DNA of 59,724 nt, the filler included. It is 3 parts of 3 records of this genome, joined end to end, with 100 filler letters (N's around TTAATTAATTAA, not from the genome) between each part and the next. Parts side by side here need not be neighbours in the genome. Positions count along the whole stretch, not along the records: positions 23,122 to 40,867 come from DRR723986_4143; 2 more parts are not named here. The stretch is one strand, 5' to 3'. A program made the position numbers and the translations under genes. Below the pieces are notes generated by a model, which saw only the letters and a list, made by a program, of their open reading frames with translations, made no database searches and had not been told where the DNA came from. Positions 27,996 through 35,968 of this stretch are shown piece after piece (the first letter of the stretch is position 1; every line of letters begins with the position of its first letter).

Positions 27996-28685
27996 ATGAG
28001 CACGCAAGTTCAAAATATGTTCGCCCGTATTGCCAAACGCTATGACAAGGGTAATGATATCCTGTCCATGGGCGTTCACCATGCCTGGCGCCGCAAAACT
28101 GTCCGCGAATCCATCGCCGCACCCGGCATGTCGGTTCTGGACTGCGCCACGGGAACCGGCGACCTGGCAATCGAATTCAAACGCTGCGTCGGCAGCCAGG
28201 GCAAAGTTATAGGTACCGACTTCTGCCAGGAAATGCTCGATTTTGCGCCCGGCAAAGCCCGCGAAAAGAATCTGGACATTCAGTTTGAGATTGCCGACGC
28301 CATGAACCTGCAGTATGCAGACAACAGCTTTGATGTCGCATCAATTTCCTTTGGCATTCGCAATGTTGACAATGCCGAAGAGTGCCTGGCAGAGCTGGCG
28401 CGCGTGGTGCGCCCCGGCGGACAGGTAGTTGTCCTTGAATTCGGACAGCCGCACGGCTGGTTCCGCTTTCCCTACGCCGCATACAGTAAAACGATCCTGC
28501 CATTTATGGGACGCATAGTTTCCGGCGACCGTGACGCCTACGAATATTTGCATGACACAAGTTCCGTGTTTCCATGCCGCGATGAGTTTACCGCAATGAT
28601 GGACCGCACCGGTGCATACGATTCCAGCCGCTGGATTGAGCTGACCTTCGGCATAGCTTATACCTACTTCGGAATCGTCCGCTGA
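27996..28685 (+). CDS. menG: Demethylmenaquinone methyltransferase (UbiE/MenG)
   Basis: MFARIAKRYD, VLDCATGTGD, SFGIRNV, RVVRPGG, LEF; adjacent to menA. Confidence 0.92.
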   Translation: MSTQVQNMFARIAKRYDKGNDILSMGVHHAWRRKTVRESIAAPGMSVLDCATGTGDLAIEFKRCVGSQGKVIGTDFCQEMLDFAPGKAREKNLDIQFEIADAMNLQYADNSFDVASISFGIRNVDNAEECLAELARVVRPGGQVVVLEFGQPHGWFRFPYAAYSKTILPFMGRIVSGDRDAYEYLHDTSSVFPCRDEFTAMMDRTGAYDSSRWIELTFGIAYTYFGIVR

Positions 28686-28691
28686 TGCTGT

Positions 28692-29573
28692 ATGCCCAAC
28701 ATTAAAATGTGGCTGGAAGCCGCAAGGCCACGCACTTTGGCTGCCGCAGTCATTCCGGTTGGGCTGGCCGCCGCTCTGGCATTTGCCGACGGCGTGTTTG
28801 CCAGTGGCCCGGTTATCGTGGCGCTGATTTGCGCACTCCTGATTCAAATCGCGACGAATTTTATCAATGAAATCTATGACTTCCAGCGCGGAGCGGACAC
28901 CCCCGAACGCCTGGGCCCGCGCCGCCAGGTAGCCGCCGGAATGATTTCCGTACGCCAGATGCGCACGGCGGCGGCCATTGTAATTCTTAGCGCATTTTTC
29001 CTGGGGCTCTACCTCGTCGCCATCGCCGGCTGGTGGGTTCTGCTGGTTGGCATACTCTCGCTCATCTTTGCCTGGGCCTACACCGGCGGTCCCTTTCCTC
29101 TGGCGTACAAAGGGCTGGGCGAAGTATTTGTCTTTATCTTTTTTGGCCTGGTAGCGCTGATGGGCACATATTATGTGCAGGCGCTGACGCTCTCCTGGCC
29201 GGCTCTGATCCTGGCGATCGTGCCGGGTGTGCATTCTTCCAACATCCTGGGCGTCAACAATCTACGCGATATCAAAACCGACCCAAAGGCCGGCAAACGT
29301 ACTTTGGCGGTGCGAATCGGTGATGCGCATGCGCGTAAACTGTATATTGTGATGACGCTGGCTGCCGTGCTGGCTCCTGTGGCTCTGCCTTTTCTGGGGT
29401 ATTCCTGGTGGACGGGCCTCGGTCTGGTGGCGCTGATTCCGGCGCTAAAACTGATTCAGCAGATCCGCAGCTTTGAAGGCGCGCAGCTAAACGGCGTGCT
29501 CGCCGGAACAGCTAAGTTACTGCTGCTGCATGGCGTACTCCTCGCTCTGGGCCTTATCATCGGCGGCATCTAA
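28692..29573 (+). CDS. menA: 1,4-dihydroxy-2-naphthoate polyprenyltransferase
   Basis: ARPRTL, NFINEIYDFQRGAD, YTGGPFPLAYKGLGE, NNLRDIKTD, GKRTLAVR. Confidence 0.95.
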   Translation: MPNIKMWLEAARPRTLAAAVIPVGLAAALAFADGVFASGPVIVALICALLIQIATNFINEIYDFQRGADTPERLGPRRQVAAGMISVRQMRTAAAIVILSAFFLGLYLVAIAGWWVLLVGILSLIFAWAYTGGPFPLAYKGLGEVFVFIFFGLVALMGTYYVQALTLSWPALILAIVPGVHSSNILGVNNLRDIKTDPKAGKRTLAVRIGDAHARKLYIVMTLAAVLAPVALPFLGYSWWTGLGLVALIPALKLIQQIRSFEGAQLNGVLAGTAKLLLLHGVLLALGLIIGGI

Positions 29574-29654
29574 GTTTGGCAGCCGCAATTGTGACGATGC
29601 CCCAATCCGGCAGCGCCAACACGACATTGATTCGCATTTTTTGAGGGAACATTA

Positions 29655-30641
29655 ATGCACTCCGAACACGCAAAACCGGCGCAAAACTCCGATCAACAGG
29701 ACAGCGACAGCGGCGCAGAATTGCACACTGACGCACATTCCGACGCCTCCGATGAGCAACTCTACGGCGGGCATTCCCCACGCAAAACCGCGCAGACATC
29801 CGGCGGCCAAAGCGGCGATCAGGCCAACGGCCGCCCACGCCAATACAAACGCATTACCACACGCGTCCTCCAGAAAATGAAGCGCGAAGGTTATCGCTTT
29901 GCCTGCCTGACCGCTTATGACGCCCTCTTTGCACGCATTTTTGATGAAAATGATATCGACATTATTCTGGTCGGTGATTCGGTCGGTAATGTGATTCAGG
30001 GCCACGAAACTACCTTGCCTGTGACGCTTGAAGATATTATCTACCACACGCGTGCCGTGCGCCGCGGTGTACAGCGCTCCATGGTAGTTGCCGACATGCC
30101 CTTCATGTCTTTCCAGGTGTCAACCAATGAAGCTTTCCGCAATGCCGGGAGGCTCATGAAAGAAGGTGGCGCCGAAGCCGTCAAACTCGAAGGCGGCAAA
30201 CGCGTTGTTAAAACCGTGGCACGTATGACGGCGGCCGGTATTCCCGTAATGGGGCACCTTGGTTTAACGCCGCAGAGTATTCATCAGTTTGGTGGATATC
30301 AGGCGCGCGGCCGCTCGGAAGCCGAAGCACGCCAAATTTTGCGCGACGCCAAGGCGCTGGAGGATGCCGGAGCATTTGCGATTGTACTCGAAAAAATTCC
30401 GGCCGAACTGGCGCAGCAGGTCAGCGAGTCACTCAAAATTCCAACGATTGGAATCGGTGCCGGCGCAGGCTGCGATGGCCAAATTCTGGTGTTTACCGAT
30501 ATGCTCGGTTTAACAATTGACTTTAACCCGCGCTTTGTACGCCAGTACGATAATCTGCGCGAAAGAATTAACGGTGCCGTGGCAGGCTACCGCGCTGATG
30601 TTCGGGACGCAACCTTCCCATCGCCCGAAGAGAGTTACTAA
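29655..30641 (+). CDS. panB: 3-methyl-2-oxobutanoate hydroxymethyltransferase with N-terminal extension
   Basis: LTAYD, LVGDS, VADMPF, AVKLEGG, GHLGLTPQ, IGIGAG, DGQILV. Confidence 0.97.
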   Translation: MHSEHAKPAQNSDQQDSDSGAELHTDAHSDASDEQLYGGHSPRKTAQTSGGQSGDQANGRPRQYKRITTRVLQKMKREGYRFACLTAYDALFARIFDENDIDIILVGDSVGNVIQGHETTLPVTLEDIIYHTRAVRRGVQRSMVVADMPFMSFQVSTNEAFRNAGRLMKEGGAEAVKLEGGKRVVKTVARMTAAGIPVMGHLGLTPQSIHQFGGYQARGRSEAEARQILRDAKALEDAGAFAIVLEKIPAELAQQVSESLKIPTIGIGAGAGCDGQILVFTDMLGLTIDFNPRFVRQYDNLRERINGAVAGYRADVRDATFPSPEESY

Positions 30642-30657
30642 AGAGAGAATTGTTAAC

Positions 30658-31068
30658 ATGTCACGTTTTAAGAAGTTCCTGCCGCTGACGCTCTGCGCCG
30701 CTTTTGTGGGCTTAACATTTTTTGGCATGACCGGCTGTGGTGACGATCTGGTCAGTTCGCCAAGCGAAATCGTGTTCCCCGATACGGACGTTTCTTATTC
30801 GCGCCACGTGCAGCCGTTGTTTAACGTTTCCTGTAATTTCAGTGGCTGCCACAGCCTGGAATCGCGCGCTGGAAACCTGGCCCTGACCTCACATTTTGAT
30901 GCCACTTTACGCGCGGGCATGATTGTAGCAGGTGAGCCCGACCGCTCTTTACTTGTTCAGATCGTACGCGGAATCAGTCCACACCCACCCAGCTTCCAGG
31001 CACGTGTTAACCAGAACCACAAGGACGGCATTGCACAGTGGGTTCGCGAAGGCGCCAAAGTTGATTAA
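30658..31068 (+). CDS. Lipoprotein with planctomycete-cytochrome-c-like domain (CX4CH)
   Basis: Lipobox MTGC; VSYSRHVQPLFNVSCNFSGCH; GEPDRSLL; C-terminal QWVREGA. Confidence 0.7.
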   Translation: MSRFKKFLPLTLCAAFVGLTFFGMTGCGDDLVSSPSEIVFPDTDVSYSRHVQPLFNVSCNFSGCHSLESRAGNLALTSHFDATLRAGMIVAGEPDRSLLVQIVRGISPHPPSFQARVNQNHKDGIAQWVREGAKVD

Positions 31069-31150
31069 AACCGGAGTTGATTTACTAGTTCTGTTTTTGT
31101 TGCACCGGCAGCAATCAGCATATTAACATTTTCGGCACTGGTGACATGAT

Positions 31151-31325
31151 CGCTTTGAGCTGCCCGACGGCATCTCAGGCTTCTTGATTGTTTTGTTTGT
31201 CACTGAGTCTCCAGTCTCAACCCTCTGAGCGGCTCAGGCAGCATGCCTTGAGCCTCCAGCCACAGAGCCAAACATAAAGAAACAGCAAGCCATTAAGCCG
31301 CAGGCGAAGGGGCGAAGCGCTCAAG
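31151..31325. repeat. Degenerate palindromic copy of the intergenic repeat
   Basis: Left arm CGCTTTGAGC..TCTCAGGCTTCTTGATTGTTTTG, central hairpin GGCTCAGGCA-GCA-TGCCTTGAGCC, right arm ending AAGCGCTCAAG; between convergent genes. Confidence 0.6.
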
Positions 31326-31342
31326 CCCTCAAGACCACAGAT

Positions 31343-31717
31343 TTACTCAAATAGTCCTTCGTCGCGAATTAACATCAGAATCGAAGACTGTGGCAGGATA
31401 ATGTACTTTTCGCCGTTAAATTCAATCTCGTGTGAGTCCTTCTGCAAATAAATTGCCAGATCACCAATTGTAACCTGCAGCGGAATGTAGCGGATTTTTT
31501 CCGCATCACTTTTCCAGGCTTCGTCACCCTCGGTCTGGAACGGAATCGGATATCCCGGCCCAACTTTAACAACGTAGGCGCTCTGCACTTTTTCCTTTTC
31601 GGCGACACCCGGCGGCAAAAACAGCCCCGAACGCGTGCGCTCATTCTGGCTCTTGGGTTTTAACAAAACCCGGTCGCCAATCACTACAAACTTATCTTTA
31701 TCAGCGTCAATATCCAC
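31343..31717 (-). CDS. Co-chaperonin GroES-family protein (orphan paralog)
   Basis: IGDRVLLKP, TRSGLFLP, VVKVGPG, EIEFNGEKYII; GAGGAG RBS; no groEL adjacent. Confidence 0.9.
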   Translation of the reverse strand: MDIDADKDKFVVIGDRVLLKPKSQNERTRSGLFLPPGVAEKEKVQSAYVVKVGPGYPIPFQTEGDEAWKSDAEKIRYIPLQVTIGDLAIYLQKDSHEIEFNGEKYIILPQSSILMLIRDEGLFE

Positions 31718-31836
31718 GCCTTAACTCCTCTATTCAAACCTTGCATGCCAGGCTGTCTACAGCCGTATCAAAATCACATTTAAACATTTTCCGGCGCATA
31801 CAACAAGGGGCTGCACCGCCTATGATTGATGGAACA

Positions 31837-32496
31837 TCAATACGTGCGCATAATTTCATCGAGCGGCTTGCGCTCCAGATTCGGCACCGTAGTTGCATCG
31901 GCCGGATAACCAATCGGAATTAACAACATGGGCGTTTCGTTGGCGGGGCGCTCCAGTATTTCATTCAAAAACTTCATGGGACTGGGAGTATGTGTTAAAG
32001 TCGCCAGACCCAAATTGTGCAGCGCCGCGATTAACATTCCTGCCGCCAGGCCCGCCGACTCGTTAACATAGTAATTCTTGAGGCGTTTGCCGTCGGGTCC
32101 CAAACCATAAGTTTGTTTAAACACCACAATCAATGCCGGAGCGATATCCAGAAACTCTTTGTCGGCATTTGTGCCAAAGGGCCGCAAGTCTTCCAGCCAG
32201 TCGTTGGACATTCGGCCGCTATAGTTAATCCGTTCCTCGTGCTCGGCACCCTCGCGAATCTTGTGTTTGACCGCGGGATCGACAACAAGACCAAAGAACC
32301 AGGGCTGTTTGTGTGCTCCCGACGGCGCCGTACTCGCCGTACGAATTGCATCGCGCACAGCATCCAGTGGAATCGGATCGGGTGCAAACTCACGCACCGT
32401 ACGCCGCTTGTCCATCAGTGCAAACATTTCGGCGGCGCGCTCGCGCATGTCGTCGTGACTGCGACGCGTAAAATTTAGAGGTATAAAGTCACTCAT
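31837..32496 (-). CDS. Iodotyrosine deiodinase-like nitroreductase
   Basis: RRTVREF, TAPSGAHKQPW, AEHEERINY, TNADKEFL, LATLTHTP match the IYD subgroup. Confidence 0.85.
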   Translation of the reverse strand: MSDFIPLNFTRRSHDDMRERAAEMFALMDKRRTVREFAPDPIPLDAVRDAIRTASTAPSGAHKQPWFFGLVVDPAVKHKIREGAEHEERINYSGRMSNDWLEDLRPFGTNADKEFLDIAPALIVVFKQTYGLGPDGKRLKNYYVNESAGLAAGMLIAALHNLGLATLTHTPSPMKFLNEILERPANETPMLLIPIGYPADATTVPNLERKPLDEIMRTY

Positions 32497-33053
32497 GGTT
32501 GTGTCGTTCAGCTTTTATTCAGCAAGCAGAATTTGGGCGGATATGTTTTTGAAAGCGCAGAATCTAGCAAAAATATCGGGGACGGCAGCGCCTCAGGCGG
32601 ATGCCGACGCAGAATTGTGTTCTGCCTACACATAAAAATGCAGCATGGTTCCGGTGTGTCGCGTTTGTAAGGGAATGTCTGGAAGAGGGTGAGGCTGTGG
32701 GAAACAGCTTTAAGATGCTGGGAGGTGCGCAAAAATCGCCGCCTTGTCGCAACCCGGTGTCAAAGACCCGTGTGCGTTAACGCGCATCCGTGTATGTGTT
32801 GCTCCTGAATGGACGGTGCAGATCGGAAACCAAAATTGTTGCTCACCGATTGGGACCGAGACATCCGAGCTACGGACAAGGCGGTTAATGTTTACTGGGG
32901 GCGTACCAGAGAAGGCGGGCGAACCGGCGATTATATTGGACAGCCCGGTCCGCCCGGATTTGAAATTGTGGATCTCAAGTCAAACAGAGCGCTATACTGA
33001 ATTCCTGTCGCTGACTGCAGTGCGGTGGGCAATTGCACAGTTAAAAGTCTGAA

Positions 33054-33419
33054 TTAGCGCGGTAGTTCGACCTGCGCAGTAAGGGTGGCGGCGTCACGTG
33101 TTTGTCCGCTCAGCTGTGCATTTTCATCCGCAGGAGTTTCGCGCGGAATCTCAGGCCAGAACTCACCACTGGTGCGGTCCTGTCCACAGCAGCATTGTGT
33201 ACTTGCATGTCTGGCAGCTGTATCGCGGCGCGCCTGCTCCTTTTGCAGGCGCTCAGTCAACAGCGGCGAGTGATAAAACCCGTTGGGGCGCACGGGCTTG
33301 CTTGCTTTGTCATCTTCATCACGCAGGCTTCGGCCACTAACGGTCACCATCAAAAACAAGAGAGCGGGGATTGCGGCTGCAAGCAGCAGCATGTCGGTAA
33401 ATAAGGGCATGCTAATCAT
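33054..33419 (-). CDS. Hypothetical single-TM protein with CCC motif
   Basis: AAAGGAG RBS before ATG 33419; N-terminal hydrophobic helix; downstream of marR. Confidence 0.55.
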   Translation of the reverse strand: MISMPLFTDMLLLAAAIPALLFLMVTVSGRSLRDEDDKASKPVRPNGFYHSPLLTERLQKEQARRDTAARHASTQCCCGQDRTSGEFWPEIPRETPADENAQLSGQTRDAATLTAQVELPR

Positions 33420-33445
33420 GATAAGTCTCCTTTCGTGGCACACAT

Positions 33446-33493
33446 AAGTTGCCATGTCAAAAGTTGGCTAATCAATAGTTGAGAAATCAACTA
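33446..33493. promoter_or_regulatory. Three tandem MarR-type operator boxes
   Basis: AAGTTG-CCATGT-CAAAAG (33446), AAGTTG-GCTAAT-CAATAG (33461), TAGTTG-AGAAAT-CAACTA (33476); 15-bp period. Confidence 0.7.
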
Positions 33494-33511
33494 ATGCTGT
33501 AAAAAAAATTT

Positions 33512-34009
33512 CTATAGGTTTTCGTCCAGTCGATCAAGTCCAATGCGAACTTTGCGCGTCAATTTCAGCAATACCTGGCATTCTTCGGCAGTCAGATCCT
33601 GCATTACTTCATCAACGGCAGCGATATAACGCTTGTCCAGCGCGGTTATCAGCTCCAGGCCGGCTTCCGTCAGGTGAATGTGATGTGTGCGCCGGTCGTG
33701 CGGCAGGCGTTCGCGCCACAGCCAGCCCAATTTTTCCATGCGGTCCAGCAGACCGGTGATATTGGACTTGTCAACCAGCAACATCTCACTCAGTGACTTC
33801 TGCGTCAGCGGCTCCGGAGAGTCTTTGAGCAGCACAAGCACATTAAATTGTGATTCGGAGGACAGCTCATCGCGGAACAAGTGCCGCGAGGCCTTACGCA
33901 GCAGCTGTGACGTCCACCAGATAGCCATCAGGCTCTCGTGGTGCACCGCCCGGAAATTCACGGGAATCTCCGCGTGACGGCTGCCGCTATGTGTGTCGTT
34001 CTTTATCAC
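33512..34009 (-). CDS. MarR-family transcriptional regulator
   Basis: QFNVL, LTQKSLS, SNITGLLDRMEK, DRR, LTEAG. Confidence 0.93.
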   Translation of the reverse strand: MIKNDTHSGSRHAEIPVNFRAVHHESLMAIWWTSQLLRKASRHLFRDELSSESQFNVLVLLKDSPEPLTQKSLSEMLLVDKSNITGLLDRMEKLGWLWRERLPHDRRTHHIHLTEAGLELITALDKRYIAAVDEVMQDLTAEECQVLLKLTRKVRIGLDRLDENL

Positions 34010-34028
34010 AACTGCAATTTAGCATTAA

Positions 34029-34046
34029 TAGTTTACATGTCAACTA
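34029..34046. promoter_or_regulatory. MarR autoregulatory operator
   Basis: Near-palindrome TAGTTT-ACATGT-CAACTA about 20 nt upstream of marR, same consensus as 33446-33493. Confidence 0.7.
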
Positions 34047-34283
34047 AAAAATTCAAATTCTTTTTGTCTGTCGTGTTTGGGGCAGGTGATGAAGTCACAA
34101 GCCAAAGCGTTGCCTGCACAAGACTATTCGGCATAATAAAGGGTGGCACCAAACGTGTTAGGGCTCACATTTTACACAGCGTTTTCCAGTTGCAATGCAA
34201 GGCCAACTTTTAGCCGGCCATTCAGTTGTCAAAAGGCAAACGCTTTTCTCCCGATCCCGATTCATCTCCACTTTGGACGCACA

Positions 34284-34748
34284 TTGAGTACAGCGGAGCA
34301 TCCTGAAGTTAAGGTAGCGGACAGCAAGCTAAAACGCGGCCTCCTGATTACAGCGGGCAGCGTATCCCTTAGCCTCGGGATCATTGGCATATTTGTGCCG
34401 GTCATGCCCACCACGTCCTTCCTGCTGCTGGCGGCCGCCTGTTATGTGCGCAGCTCCAAGCGCCTCTACGTCTGGCTGATTACCAACCGCTACTTTGGCA
34501 AATACATCCGCAATTACCGTGAAAAACGCGGCATTCCGATGACGGCCAAAATCACAACCATCACCTTCCTCTGGATCATGATTTCCTTCTCGGCACTCGT
34601 CGCCGTTGACGTCCTCTGGGTCCAGATTATGCTCTTCTGTATTGCTATCGGCGTCACCATTCACGTCGCCATGATCAAAACCTACCGCGCAGAAGACTAC
34701 CCTGAAGAACTGACGTCTGCGGAGCCTCAGCCTGACGACAAGCCTTGA
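34284..34748 (+). CDS. YbaN/DUF454 family membrane protein (start uncertain)
   Basis: LGIIGIFVPVMPTTSFLLLAAACYVRSS, FGKYIRNY, GIP..AK. Confidence 0.85.
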   Translation: MSTAEHPEVKVADSKLKRGLLITAGSVSLSLGIIGIFVPVMPTTSFLLLAAACYVRSSKRLYVWLITNRYFGKYIRNYREKRGIPMTAKITTITFLWIMISFSALVAVDVLWVQIMLFCIAIGVTIHVAMIKTYRAEDYPEELTSAEPQPDDKP

Positions 34749-34992
34749 TTCTGACCAAATTTCGGCGATTTTACGTATTCCAGCCCCGAGTAAGTATTTA
34801 CTGAAATTTTCCAAAAAGTACAGCAAAAGCTTGCATTCGCAGCAATCATGTATGTAACTTGGCAGTCCGTGAACGTCTTTTGGACTCCCTGTTGGGCGGC
34901 GCATTTTCTCCAACGGTAACGCAATCCGCGTCCGGCACCAACAACTCTACTGTTTCTATTCCAACTACTCTCTATTCATTTTTGAGGTACTT

Positions 34993-35607
34993 ATGCGTAC
35001 ACTTACTGCTTCCCTGTTTGCATGCACATTCTTATTGTTTGCCACCACAAGCGGCACAAATCTCGTCGCCGGTGAAGGCCATGACCATGGCGACCAAAAC
35101 GCCGAAATGGCTGCATGGGCAGCTTACGCTACTCCAACTGCGGTACACAAAGCTATGACGGCTATGGAAGGCAAATGGAACACCAGCACAAAACACTGGA
35201 TGGGTCCCGGCGAGCCAACTATCAGCAGCGGCACGGCTACCTACAAAATGCTCCTGGGCGGACGTTACCTGGAAGGTACGCACAGTTCAGACACACCCAT
35301 GGGGCCAATGGAAGGCATTTCCGTGATGGGGTATGACAACGCGCTCGAAATTTTTACCAGCACATGGATCGACAACATGGGCACGGGCATTTCAGCCATG
35401 ACCGGCCACTTCGACGCCAAAACAAATACCTATCACATGACGGGAACATCTACCAATCCAGGCGCCAAAGGCACAATGGAAATCCGCTCGGAGACCAAAA
35501 TCCTTAGCAAAGACAGCAGTGTATTCACAATGTGGGGCACTTTCCCCGGTCCCGACGGTAAAATGACGGAATTCAAAATGATGGAAATGACGTACACACG
35601 CGCCTGA
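34993..35607 (+). CDS. DUF1579 family secreted protein
   Basis: Signal peptide; EGKW, MLLGGRYL, GYDN, STWIDNMGTG, MEMTYTR. Confidence 0.85.
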   Translation: MRTLTASLFACTFLLFATTSGTNLVAGEGHDHGDQNAEMAAWAAYATPTAVHKAMTAMEGKWNTSTKHWMGPGEPTISSGTATYKMLLGGRYLEGTHSSDTPMGPMEGISVMGYDNALEIFTSTWIDNMGTGISAMTGHFDAKTNTYHMTGTSTNPGAKGTMEIRSETKILSKDSSVFTMWGTFPGPDGKMTEFKMMEMTYTRA

Positions 35608-35685
35608 TGCTGCGCACAGCTGAGCGCCCGTTTTGCCTGCTAATCTGCAAGTTCAGCGGGCCCTTCAGCAACACACATCGATATT

Positions 35686-35720
35686 GGGGCTTGCCACATG
35701 CGTGGCGCCCCTCTTTTTTT
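35686..35720 (+). terminator. Intrinsic terminator
   Basis: GGGGC-TT-GCCAC-ATGC-GTGGC-GCCCC followed by TCTTTTTTT. Confidence 0.75.
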
Positions 35721-35968
35721 CATGTTTTGCACCGTGCCGGCAGCCAAAAGTCGCGCAATTCACCACAAGTCCCGCATCCTCCAGACGCTTCAGAACCTGA
35801 TCCCGATCATGGTGCCACATCCAATCAATGTGTAATTTGCAGCTCCGAATTTGAATTCTGAATTTGAGTTCGGTATTTAAGCTCTTTGTTTGAATTCTTT
35901 TTCTGAATGCGCGGAAAGCGGGGCTACCATCCGGGGCCCGCAGTCACCGCCGGCACTGCTATACTCGT

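Noticed and set aside
32500-33050. Possible ncRNA, riboswitch or small ORF (32809-33000); hairpin at 32916-32956
   Set aside because: No convincing tmRNA, RNase P, SRP or cobalamin-riboswitch signature; the hairpin may be a weak minus-strand terminator; needs an Rfam scan
35845-35873. TGAATT-rich G:U hairpin upstream of MMPL
   Set aside because: Short low-complexity repeat that does not match the MarR box; no function supportable
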